DNA of 64,000 nt from NCBI GenBank assembly GCA_021813435.1, contig JAKAKR010000013.1:120107-184106 (forward strand). Reading direction: 5' to 3'. The position numbers and the translations under genes are program-made. This stretch comes from Nanobdellota archaeon. GTDB lineage: Archaea > Nanobdellota > Nanobdellia > Woesearchaeales > UBA9642. Below are positions 52,983-62,078 of the stretch, piece by piece (the stretch's first letter is position 1; every line of letters begins with the position of its first letter). The notes beneath the pieces are model-generated. The model searched no databases. It saw only the letters and a list, made by a program, of their open reading frames with translations, and had not been told where the DNA came from.

Positions 52983-53225
52983 TTAAAACATCACTTCATC
53001 AAAATAGCACGCCATTAAAACAAGCTTACAATACCCTTGATCGAAAGGTATCCTACAAAGATGTAACTTACTGTCTCTATACACTGTCTCTATACAGAAT
53101 AAAATCATAAGGAGCATATAAATCCCGACGATACCGTCAATGACGCTGAAGAAATCGCCGAAGAAGAGTATCGCTTTGAGCAATAGATAAAATGCGAAAG
53201 CCATGACGATATGATCGGGAACCAT
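52983..53225 (-). CDS. small membrane protein, start uncertain
   Basis: The 80-aa track ORF is hydrophobic. The same frame stays open upstream to about 53366 and encodes another TM-like segment (GKLLGIFDISAGIVILLY) without an ATG, GTG or TTG. It is either a decayed gene or uses a non-standard start. Confidence 0.3.
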   Translation of the reverse strand: MVPDHIVMAFAFYLLLKAILFFGDFFSVIDGIVGIYMLLMILFCIETVYRDSKLHLCRIPFDQGYCKLVLMACYFDEVMF

Positions 53226-53353
53226 CGTATGCTGATAGAGAAGGATAACGATGCCTGCACTGATATCAAATATCCCTAATAGTTTTCCGATTATAAGACG
53301 ATACCTACGCGATAATTCAATGACGACACCAGATAAGGCATGGTAATGAACGG

Positions 53354-54463
53354 TTAATGAGATGTTTTAATACGTTTTTTTATTTTTCGTATAAATACCT
53401 GCGTATCAAATTCCTTTGCACGCTGCAGGCAGGCATCGGTGTATTTGTCAGGATTCTTTTCCAATTGCATATTAATTTTCTCGATTGCATGGATGAGCTT
53501 CGCTGAATTAATATCACCTATCAGTATTCCTGTCTTTCCATTGATGACTGTCTCTTTGTATCCGCCCTCATTTGCTGCAATGACCGGCTTTCCGGATGCC
53601 ATTGCCTCGACCGGCGTCATGCCGAAATCCTCGTCCTGCGCTGTCGTGATGAATCCCTTACAATGTGCGTAGAGCTTGCGAAGTTTCTCGTCAGTTATCC
53701 AGCTCAGGACAGTGACGTTTTTGGGTTTGGTGCGTATCATGCGCGTCGCGTATTCCTCGAACTGGATTGAGGGTTCATAGCATCCGACGACGATCAATCG
53801 CTCGTGAGGGAGCGAGCTGAATGCATCCCATTGCATCTCGATGCGTTTATGATAATAGAGCCGGTTGACGGAAAGCCAGTATCCGCGTGATTTCTTGCAG
53901 GAATATTTCTTGTTCTCTATCGGCGGGTTGATGACAATGGCGCTGCGCCCGAGGAATCTTTTTATCCGTTGCTGCACATTCTGCGAGTTGCAGGCGATCT
54001 GCTGCGCATGGGCAACGTATCTGCGGTAGAGGAACCGGTAATAGTAAACCCAGAGATCATAGCTTGCTCGCGAGATGAAGTTTGTAAGGAAGGTTTTTCT
54101 GATGTGCGAATACAGGTCGAATAATTCCCGGACAGGAGAGTGCGAGTACCAGAGGTTTGGTTTGTTGTTGACTGCGCCGGATATCGCCCAATCACCGGCG
54201 ATGATATAATAATCATACTTGCGCCCCAGATTGAGTCTTCTAAAGTAAAAAAGTGTAAGTTGTTGGCGGAGCGGTGCATTGATAGGAACCTTGCCGATGG
54301 ATATGATGCGCGGCAGGACATCTGCAAATCCCATTGCGCGGATCTTTTGTTTGTCATAATTTGTCGTGTAGACATCAGCATGCAATTCACGCGCGAGCGT
54401 GAGAACGACAATCTCTGCGCCGCCGATATGCTCGAGATAATTGTGGAATACTGCGATTTTCAT
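53354..54463 (-). CDS. GT4-family glycosyltransferase
   Basis: 369 aa. EDFGMTPVEAMASGKPVIAANEGGYKE is the GT-B/GT4 hallmark. Confidence 0.8.
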   Translation of the reverse strand: MKIAVFHNYLEHIGGAEIVVLTLARELHADVYTTNYDKQKIRAMGFADVLPRIISIGKVPINAPLRQQLTLFYFRRLNLGRKYDYYIIAGDWAISGAVNNKPNLWYSHSPVRELFDLYSHIRKTFLTNFISRASYDLWVYYYRFLYRRYVAHAQQIACNSQNVQQRIKRFLGRSAIVINPPIENKKYSCKKSRGYWLSVNRLYYHKRIEMQWDAFSSLPHERLIVVGCYEPSIQFEEYATRMIRTKPKNVTVLSWITDEKLRKLYAHCKGFITTAQDEDFGMTPVEAMASGKPVIAANEGGYKETVINGKTGILIGDINSAKLIHAIEKINMQLEKNPDKYTDACLQRAKEFDTQVFIRKIKKRIKTSH

Positions 54464-54529
54464 GGGATCAGGGGAAATGACGGATAGTGCAGATGCATCA
54501 GGAGTGCTTATGCATCATCATATCATTGT

Positions 54530-56107
54530 TTATCGTATCTGTACCTCATAGACATAACGTTCCTTGTTGTAGACTTCTCGGAGAAAGTCGCAACGCAGTG
54601 GAGTCATGGAATAGACGAGTTTTGGCACAGGAGTGACACTGAGCAGTACTTGTTTGCGCTCGGCGCATGTCGATGCGCCATTATAGAATCGCGGGATTGC
54701 AGTCACATCGCCTGCGCCTGCAGCAGAGAATGGCAGGGCAACAATCTGCGTGTATGCAATCGGGTAAGAGATTGGCGCAGTCACTGCATCAACCATCATC
54801 ATGGTGTTCTGTGGATAATTGTTCCTTATCCAGAGGAGCGCGTAATAATCCTTCATCTCAGTGAGTTGGAGCGGTGTTTGCAGGGAATCAGTCGGGTTCT
54901 GCATTGACGGTTGCAGTGCAAGAATGATCGCAAGAATCAAAAGCATTGTTCCGACCGCAACAACATGATGCATAGTCTGCTGTTGTTTTACGCGCAAGCA
55001 TGCCCAATCGGCAATCGCGACTATCCCTGCAGCGCTCAAGGGGATCAGAAAGACCAGAAGATAAAAATATGCGCGTGCAGCAGGGATCATGATTGTTGCA
55101 TTGATTGAAGCAAAGAGGAGGAGTTCTCCCATAAGAACGCCTACTATCCCCAAAAGGAATAGGGTATATTTTTTTCTGATGAATGTGTATATGCCGACAA
55201 ATGCAAGCAGCATGAGCGGTATACCGAGTCCAGTGAGCGGATTATAATCAGATGCAAGACTTCCTGCCTGCTGGTCATAGCTGATGAGGAGCGGGAATTG
55301 GGAGAGTTTTCCGTGAAATACGACAAGTATTACTGCAAAAAGAAGCAGGATACCGATGCCGATAATGATAAGGAATGTTCGTGAATGCTTGAAGCGATGC
55401 TGGATGGATTTTCGGTATGCAGGATCACTGAGGTAGAGGTATAATTCCATGCAAAGTATCCCGAGCGCGATCATGACTGATGCAAGCGGGTACGTGAAGA
55501 GTGTGACTATGAATATGAAAAGTGTCAGCCAGCGCATTCTTCCACGAGCAAGGTATGTCGCGTACGCAGTCAGGATAAAAAATAGTCCGAATGTTGCAGG
55601 GACAAAAAACCAGAATCCTAATGAGAGATTGTTGCTCCTGATAAAAAAGAGGAGGAGCGGCGCCATGAGCGCAATCGCGTACCTTCGGGTCATGAAGAGT
55701 GTGAAGAGGAACAGTGCAAGTCCGACAAGAACAATAGTGATAGTGGGAAGATACTGATAGGAAAGTACCGGGTCAAAACCAGTCAAGAGAAAAAAGAGTG
55801 CAGCAAACGTCGATACTCCTGCCTCGATATTGACATGATTTGCGTATTGCACATAGGGATTGAATGTGGGGATATAGTGTTCATTGATGAGAAACGTCGC
55901 ATAGGCAAGATGTATCCATTCGTCAGCATGATAGGGAAAAGGGTATTGCGTATGGTTGCCGATGATGATATCATTACTTGCCCGGGGATCACGGTACGGT
56001 CCGGAATAATCTACATGAAGTTGCAGGGTATGTGCGGCAATAATCAAGAGCACTCCTGCAAGAAGTATCCACTGCCACCATTGCAATGCGAAAACTGAAT
56101 CCCCCAT
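54530..56107 (-). CDS. large polytopic membrane protein (GT-C or polymerase-like), unknown function
   Basis: About 13 TM with no WWDYG-type STT3 motif. I chose the start at MGDSVF because the box ttatttaaag (56128-56137) lies 21 nt upstream. Confidence 0.55.
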   Translation of the reverse strand: MGDSVFALQWWQWILLAGVLLIIAAHTLQLHVDYSGPYRDPRASNDIIIGNHTQYPFPYHADEWIHLAYATFLINEHYIPTFNPYVQYANHVNIEAGVSTFAALFFLLTGFDPVLSYQYLPTITIVLVGLALFLFTLFMTRRYAIALMAPLLLFFIRSNNLSLGFWFFVPATFGLFFILTAYATYLARGRMRWLTLFIFIVTLFTYPLASVMIALGILCMELYLYLSDPAYRKSIQHRFKHSRTFLIIIGIGILLLFAVILVVFHGKLSQFPLLISYDQQAGSLASDYNPLTGLGIPLMLLAFVGIYTFIRKKYTLFLLGIVGVLMGELLLFASINATIMIPAARAYFYLLVFLIPLSAAGIVAIADWACLRVKQQQTMHHVVAVGTMLLILAIILALQPSMQNPTDSLQTPLQLTEMKDYYALLWIRNNYPQNTMMMVDAVTAPISYPIAYTQIVALPFSAAGAGDVTAIPRFYNGASTCAERKQVLLSVTPVPKLVYSMTPLRCDFLREVYNKERYVYEVQIR

Positions 56108-56393
56108 ACTCTCCCAAACCACAGCAGTTATTTAAAGATTGCTGTTGTAAAAGGTTCTTCTCAAAAAAAATTTTATTGTCCTGTGAACCTTCAGATGGCT
56201 ATTGCGATTGCAAATATCTCTAAGGGATATACGAACGCAGTAAATATCGCCGTTGCACAATGATGCATTGCTGCGCGGTGAGCAGCAAAAAAACGAGCTA
56301 GAGGAAAAGGTTCTAAAAAGAGTCCATGAAAATAGCTAACTTTTTAAACATGCGTCCCCTAGAGCGTATTATCAAAAAGCAGGTGGTCTTGGC

Positions 56394-58256
56394 GTGAAGA
56401 GCTTTATTGTTATTATATTGTTGCTGGTGCTTCTTGTCATCCCTGTTGCTGTTGCGATTGTGCCGGGGTGTCTTTGTTCTGATTGCAGCAACTGTGACTT
56501 GTCCGATCCATGCTGTTCGGCTGGTGGTGGTAATTCGGTTTGTACTGCTGTTGAAAATACTGCTGTTGCAGGATGTTATCTCAGTAATCCTGGTGATGCA
56601 CATACGGTGAGTGTTGGTTGCCTGATCGCCGGGAAGGCGTGCTATGTTTGTGATGATGGGTATTATTATGATGGGAAGGGCGGTTGTGTTCTAGGGACAT
56701 GTACTGATACTGATTATAAGCAGCCACAATTTTTGATTGATGCGAATGGTTATGCTCCCTGTTGTACTGGCACTGTTAGTGGTCATCTTGCAACGCGTGC
56801 TGGTGGGTCAACAACGCTTGCGATTCCTGCAAATGGGGTGTATAGTTATACTGATAGTTGTGCAAGCACTGGTTTAAATGGTCAATTATTTGAGTATTAT
56901 TGCGCAAACAATTCTCCCGATGCTGTTACTGACGTAAAGTTTTATACTTATAACTGTGGTGCAACATATCTTTGTTCTAATAGTCCTGATAGTTTCGGCA
57001 TTTCCGGCGGGCATTGTGAGTGTCCACCGCACATGGTTGATACTGGTGATGGGAATGGGTGTTCTACTTGCGCATCCGGATATGCAAATTGTAATGGTCA
57101 GCAGGACGATGGTTGTGAAGTGAATCTTAATACTGATGTCAATAATTGTGGTTCTTGCGGTGCAAAGTGTACTGGCGTGTCGCTTAATGGAAATGCGGTC
57201 TGTGATCAGGGGCATTGTTGTCCACCAAATGGAGTCACCAGTACCACTCAATATCAGAATCAGTGGTATCATTGGATTTCTGGATTGCCGTATAATGGAA
57301 AATGCGCGCAGTGTGGTGATGCAACGCATACCTGCGCGACTGCAACGGATTACACCACGTGCGATACCAGTGATGCTGTTCGAACATGCCAATGTCCATT
57401 GCATGCAGAATGGAATGGTACACATTCTCCTGCAGGATGTTTTGCCTGTAATCAGAACTATGGCAATTGTGATAGCAATTGGGCTAATGGCTGCGAAACA
57501 AATACTGCAGCAAATTCCGCCAATTGTGGTTCTTGTGGTACTGTATGCTCGAGCCTTGCTCCTCCTCCTGCAAATTGTACGAGCAGTACTACGAAGACAA
57601 CATATGGAATGTCCGGGTATTGTTCTGGCGGGATATGCACATTGAACAAGGTAAATACAGTCTGTTCACAACGCAATGCAGTATGTTATGATACTGCAAC
57701 AATAATAGATTATTCATCAACCAGCTGCACAAATAACGATTGCAGTTCGGCATATCCACAAGCATGCCCTGCAAATCCCGCTGAGCCGATATGTCAGCCG
57801 GGTGTATGCACGACAAATAATGGCGTTGCAAGCTGCGCGTATAGTAAGGCAGCAAACGGAACTGCATGCACCGGAGGAACATGCCAAGGAGGAATATGCA
57901 CGGCGGCAGATAATTGTCCTGTTGGCGGGTCATCGCCGAACAGTTATACGAATTGCACTTCAACAGCACCGCTTCACGCGACAATAGATAATACTTATAC
58001 TTGTAGTTCCGGAAGAGCATGCTACAAATGCAACGCAGGATACGAATGGATTGCTGATGCAACTGGTATAAAAAAATGTTCTCCTGTTTCTACGGTTTGT
58101 ACTGCTAGTGGGGATTTTAGTGCTGTTTGTATGCCTTGGGATAAGGGTTGTGTCGCTTTTGGTGCGCAGTATGGTTCTTATGGTACTGCGTGTTGTAGTG
58201 CGTGTGGTTCGAAGAATTATGATTACGCGTGTGTAATAGATGTTGTTCGTTACTGA
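56394..58256 (+). CDS. secreted cysteine-rich protein (about 71 Cys in 620 aa by my count)
   Basis: GTG start with SD-like AGGTGG 8 nt upstream. Signal peptide MKSFIVIILLLVLLVIPVAVA. Two copies of a C..GY.NC......GCE.N...D..NCGSCG..C module. Confidence 0.65.
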   Translation: MKSFIVIILLLVLLVIPVAVAIVPGCLCSDCSNCDLSDPCCSAGGGNSVCTAVENTAVAGCYLSNPGDAHTVSVGCLIAGKACYVCDDGYYYDGKGGCVLGTCTDTDYKQPQFLIDANGYAPCCTGTVSGHLATRAGGSTTLAIPANGVYSYTDSCASTGLNGQLFEYYCANNSPDAVTDVKFYTYNCGATYLCSNSPDSFGISGGHCECPPHMVDTGDGNGCSTCASGYANCNGQQDDGCEVNLNTDVNNCGSCGAKCTGVSLNGNAVCDQGHCCPPNGVTSTTQYQNQWYHWISGLPYNGKCAQCGDATHTCATATDYTTCDTSDAVRTCQCPLHAEWNGTHSPAGCFACNQNYGNCDSNWANGCETNTAANSANCGSCGTVCSSLAPPPANCTSSTTKTTYGMSGYCSGGICTLNKVNTVCSQRNAVCYDTATIIDYSSTSCTNNDCSSAYPQACPANPAEPICQPGVCTTNNGVASCAYSKAANGTACTGGTCQGGICTAADNCPVGGSSPNSYTNCTSTAPLHATIDNTYTCSSGRACYKCNAGYEWIADATGIKKCSPVSTVCTASGDFSAVCMPWDKGCVAFGAQYGSYGTACCSACGSKNYDYACVIDVVRY

Positions 58257-58261
58257 CTTTT

Positions 58262-59821
58262 TTATTTGTAGTATTCTAATAGTTTTGGGTTTCGTTCTAA
58301 GAAGTAGAGTATTTTTCTTGCGTTTATTTCTTTTTCGCTTCCAAAATCCGTAAAATGGCTGTATCGGGATAATACGTCTAGGTATATTATGTCTTTCATG
58401 TATTGGCTGTGTTCTCCGCTTGAGAATATTGCGTGTTCTGCTTCGTGTGCTACGACGTATGGTACTATTATTGGTTGTAATAGGCTTGTGCTTCCTGGTG
58501 GTCCTCTGATGTTTATGTCCCAGTTTTTGATGTATGGTCCTTGTTCGTCTGATCCGCCGATGAGGTTTGTTCCGTTTCCTACGTTTGGATTGGTGTAGAG
58601 CATGTGTATTTGCGCTGCTGTTGAGTCTGTTGTTTCTTCGAATTTTAGTTGGTCGTTTTCTATGTGTTTGAATCCTGCGTATGCGGAGTCCGGGTACCAT
58701 GAGTTGGGTGCATTCTTTCTATTCAAATATACCAGTATTGTCTTATTTTTGAATCGCGGCGTAGTATTAATATATGTTGGATTATCGAGCCATTTGCTTT
58801 TTATATCTGTTATTTTTTGTGTGAATTCTATTTCGTCTTCTTTGTTGTCTGGGTCAGTATATCGTTGTATCATTGGTGTTCCTGTGTTGTCGTTGAATGC
58901 TGTGGTGTTGTTTTTTCCTTGTTGTATGTTTATGGGGTGTTTCCAGTTGTAGTATGTTGTGTCTTCTATTATTAGTGTGTCTGTTCCGCTGTTTGCTGTT
59001 TTTAGTGTGTAGTTTCCGTTGTTGTCTGATAGTGCACTTTTTTCTGGTGTTGATTTTAGGTATATTTTTGCTCCTGTTATTCCTTTTTTTGTGGTGAATT
59101 TTGTGTCGAGGTCGTAGAGGTGTCCTGTGATTGTGTTTTTTCCTTCTGTGTATATTGTTCCTACGTTATAGTTTGTTCCTGTTTGTGGTGGGTAGTTTTT
59201 TGTTATGGTGTCTTCAATGTTTGCTCCGCTGACTTTTATGCTGTCTATTTGCCATGTTCCTGCGATTTTTTTTATTCTTTTTATGTCGTTTGGTGTGGTG
59301 AGGTATGTGTTTATTGGTGTTTTTCCTGGTGTGATGTATCCTTCGGTGTTTATGAATTTTTGTGGTTGGTGTATTCCTTTTTCGTCTTCTATGGCGTAGA
59401 GGTATATTCCGCTTGCGATGTTTTTTAGTGGGATGTGTATTTCTTGTATTCCGTTTCCCTTGATTTTTTGTTCTTCTATTTTTTGTCCGATGATGTTGTA
59501 TATGGTGATTTTTCCGTTTCCGTTGATGATGTCTGTGAGGTGTAGTTGGTTGTATGCGCTGTATGCTCCAACTTTCACTGTTTGTGTTTCGTTTTGTATG
59601 TCTGTGAGTGTGGTGTTGAATTCTCCGTTGTTGTTTGTTGTGGTGATGTCTGGGGTTTTTATGTTGTTGCTGTAGATTTCTATTCTGGCGTTTGGTATGG
59701 GGTTGTTGTTTGTTTCTTTTTCTATGACTCTTCCGGTAATATTCTGCCCACTAATGATGCTTTGGGCGAATAACCATCCAGCAGCAACATATGGTGCTAT
59801 CTTCTTGAGGAACGCATTCAT
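58262..59821 (-). CDS. secreted protein with CarboxypepD_reg-like repeats, an internal T9SS-CTD-like beta-sandwich and a C-terminal HEXXH motif
   Basis: Signal peptide MNAFLKKIAPYVAAGWLFAQS; the box tatttataaa lies 21 nt upstream of ATG 59821. ITGRVIE..ARIEIY; GKITIYNIIGQKI...IASGIYLYAIEDE. VAHEAEHAIF was verified from the DNA at 58433-58447. Confidence 0.65.
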   Translation of the reverse strand: MNAFLKKIAPYVAAGWLFAQSIISGQNITGRVIEKETNNNPIPNARIEIYSNNIKTPDITTTNNNGEFNTTLTDIQNETQTVKVGAYSAYNQLHLTDIINGNGKITIYNIIGQKIEEQKIKGNGIQEIHIPLKNIASGIYLYAIEDEKGIHQPQKFINTEGYITPGKTPINTYLTTPNDIKRIKKIAGTWQIDSIKVSGANIEDTITKNYPPQTGTNYNVGTIYTEGKNTITGHLYDLDTKFTTKKGITGAKIYLKSTPEKSALSDNNGNYTLKTANSGTDTLIIEDTTYYNWKHPINIQQGKNNTTAFNDNTGTPMIQRYTDPDNKEDEIEFTQKITDIKSKWLDNPTYINTTPRFKNKTILVYLNRKNAPNSWYPDSAYAGFKHIENDQLKFEETTDSTAAQIHMLYTNPNVGNGTNLIGGSDEQGPYIKNWDINIRGPPGSTSLLQPIIVPYVVAHEAEHAIFSSGEHSQYMKDIIYLDVLSRYSHFTDFGSEKEINARKILYFLERNPKLLEYYK

Positions 59822-59951
59822 GCCCTCTTCCAAGGCCCCAGTATTTATAAACTTTACGGTTGTTACCACTAAGAAGAGACTATTTAAATGGTTTCCTGCA
59901 TTCTACAGGTATCTCTTAAAATACCTACTTAGTAGTAAGAATTTTCAGCAA

Positions 59952-59961
59952 AATTTATAAA
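59952..59961 (+). promoter_or_regulatory. TATA-like box for the Tat-signal protein gene
   Basis: aatttataaa lies 19 nt upstream of ATG 59980. Confidence 0.45.
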
Positions 59962-59979
59962 GGAGCATACTTCCATGCA

Positions 59980-61392
59980 ATGATGGACAGAAGGGAATTT
60001 CTCAAGAAAGCAGCAACAATTTCCATAGGTACTGCTGCGTATCTCTCGCTACCGCGCGCACTCCGCGCAGACGCGTTTCTCAAAGTCATCTGCCCGGAAC
60101 TTGAGGGCAGAACCTACAACAATTCCTTGGTCGAAGTCTTTGATACCACAACCGGAAAAAAACTCGGCGAGGGCACCACAATAAAATCTGAGGCGATCAT
60201 CTCTTCTCCTCCACCGACTGGCGTAAAGAATACGCAGGACAACACCGGATTACTTGCAAAAATCAACGCAGAAAATGCCGGCGGACATATTGTCATCAAT
60301 TATCCAGTGCATCGCGAATCAAAAGTTGATATCGGACTCTATGATATACTCGGCCGCAGGATCACAGCGTGGAGCGGGAATGAAAGTCGCGGAAATCATG
60401 CATTCGAGATGCAGACAAGAGACCTTAACCTTGCCCAAGGAAGATATATCATCCGGGTAAATACCGACTCCTATGACGGAGCAATCATGATACCCATTAT
60501 CGGAAACACTATCGCTACCCCGCCAGGAACTGCGCTTAGCGGCAGTGTAGTCAGCACGCAATCAAAGCAGGAGATTCACCGGCTCGACAAGATGTACACT
60601 GGAGAATACAAGATCGTCATGAGTCCTGACAAGAATAATCCGCAACATTTCATCCGCACGCTCTATACTGTTCCTCCTGCAACAAATATTGTCCATGACA
60701 AGGTCACTGGATACGTCGATCAGCCCGGGGTCACGCCGGATATATTCAGATCACTTGCAGGACAGGTCAACTTTGGCTCGATCACCGGAGTGCATAATGT
60801 GCAGGGATGCGATTATGAAGGAATGAAGACCTATCTGCAAAAAAAGAATAAACTTATCTGGATAGGATTCGAGGATCCTGGACATTTCCATAAACAGACT
60901 CCGGAGAGTCAGGCATATGTCAAGAATCTTATTACGCAAAAGATTTTTCCCGCAATCAGCACTGCAGACCAGCCAGATATATATGTCGTTGATCCTGCAA
61001 AACCCGAGGATATCCCGAGTGATTGGGATGGAAAAATAATAATAGTACCAACAACGTATACATTCTATAACTGGGCAATCATCAGCCAGGATGTTCTCAC
61101 AGGTAAGAGTAGCAACGGATATATCGATACTGCAACACTTTTTTTTGGCGGTGGAGACAACTCGGGCAGCGGAAGCACCTGGGCTGATCCTGCCTATGAT
61201 CAGAAAAAAATCACACTCTTTATGCGCGCGTTCTGCGCGCCGGCAGATACTGCAGACCCGACATTCAACAACCTGACTGCTCTCTCGACCAATGCACCTG
61301 CATCAGAATTGACTGCGATGGACAAAAAACTCATCAAAGTGTCAGAGTATTATACGCCGAAATCATCAATCGACGATATTCTTAAGATATAA
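59980..61392 (+). CDS. Tat-signal secreted protein with internal T9SS-CTD-like beta-sandwich
   Basis: MMDRREFLKKAATISIGTAAYL is a twin-arginine motif. aa 91-174: HIVINYPV..VDIGLYDILGRRI...LAQGRYIIRVNTD. Confidence 0.65.
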   Translation: MMDRREFLKKAATISIGTAAYLSLPRALRADAFLKVICPELEGRTYNNSLVEVFDTTTGKKLGEGTTIKSEAIISSPPPTGVKNTQDNTGLLAKINAENAGGHIVINYPVHRESKVDIGLYDILGRRITAWSGNESRGNHAFEMQTRDLNLAQGRYIIRVNTDSYDGAIMIPIIGNTIATPPGTALSGSVVSTQSKQEIHRLDKMYTGEYKIVMSPDKNNPQHFIRTLYTVPPATNIVHDKVTGYVDQPGVTPDIFRSLAGQVNFGSITGVHNVQGCDYEGMKTYLQKKNKLIWIGFEDPGHFHKQTPESQAYVKNLITQKIFPAISTADQPDIYVVDPAKPEDIPSDWDGKIIIVPTTYTFYNWAIISQDVLTGKSSNGYIDTATLFFGGGDNSGSGSTWADPAYDQKKITLFMRAFCAPADTADPTFNNLTALSTNAPASELTAMDKKLIKVSEYYTPKSSIDDILKI

Positions 61393-61790
61393 ATCAGAGG
61401 AGTATATTTCATTCTTGAAAAGTGCGTTCAAAATATTTTCCTTACGCCATGCCGCTCGCATTCGTATCGCGCTTTGATTGCTGACAGTTATTCTTGGAAT
61501 ATTTTATGTCAGCTTGCAGAAATAATCCTTAAGATGCTCGCACATTGGCATTGGCGTATTTTTTGAACACGCCCCTTTCACAACAAGAAACTATTTAAAC
61601 CAAAAGAATTCTTAAGAAAGCGGGGTATAGCATGATGCGATGCATATGTATCATGCATATACAGTCGATCATAACAACTATTCTTGCAGGCGCAATTTTC
61701 CTCAAGTCACAAAAAGGTATACTACTTACAAAGTAAGTATACTAGTTCTTTTCAAAACAAGGCAATTCTTAGACGATAAAAAGCAAAACC

Positions 61791-61798
61791 TTTATAAA
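61791..61798 (+). promoter_or_regulatory. TATA-like box for the HTH gene
   Basis: tttataaa lies 32 nt upstream of GTG 61830. Confidence 0.4.
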
Positions 61799-61829
61799 TG
61801 AAAACCTACAATGTAAGTGTTATTATGTT

Positions 61830-62078
61830 GTGGGTGGGGCTGTGAAGGAAAAAGCGCAACATGCGCGGGAGGAATTGACAGAAATCCCGGTCATTCACGT
61901 AGACAGCTTTATCTTCAAGGACCGCTCATTATCAGTTCTCGAATCACTCGTCTTTTATCTTAAAGAGGTCAAGAAATATTCTTATCATGAGATCGCAGTC
62001 ATCCTCAACCGCGACGATCGCACCATCTGGACAGTCCACAACCGTGCGATAAAAAAGAGAAAACGCAATGGATCATAA
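61830..62078 (+). CDS. small HTH DNA-binding protein (sigma-70 region 4 / LuxR-like)
   Basis: 82 aa. LSVLESLVFYLKEVKKYSYHEIAVILNRDDRTIWTVHNRAIKK fits a helix-turn-helix with a recognition helix. Its stop overlaps the next ORF's start by 11 nt. Confidence 0.55.
   Translation: MGGAVKEKAQHAREELTEIPVIHVDSFIFKDRSLSVLESLVFYLKEVKKYSYHEIAVILNRDDRTIWTVHNRAIKKRKRNGS

Noticed and set aside
13000-56200. Labelling the whole glycan locus a mobile genomic island integrated at the tRNA pair.
   Set aside because: I found no integrase, transposase, direct repeat of a tRNA 3' end, or clear compositional boundary. Only the truncated helicase and the GT2 fragments hint at rearrangement, so mobility is not claimed.
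57960-58700. A 246-aa minus-strand ORF, extremely Arg/Thr/Lys/Asn-rich.
   Set aside because: It spans the 3' ends of two convergent, motif-supported genes, is low-complexity, and is out of frame with both. It is a compositional artefact.
58389-59960. Eight or more plus-strand ORFs of 60-116 aa (for example 58602-58952 and 59120-59428), rich in Cys, Phe and Val.
   Set aside because: They lie antisense to the well-supported HEXXH protein gene. The plus strand here is very A-poor, so stop codons are rare by composition alone. They have no motifs and no start-site context.
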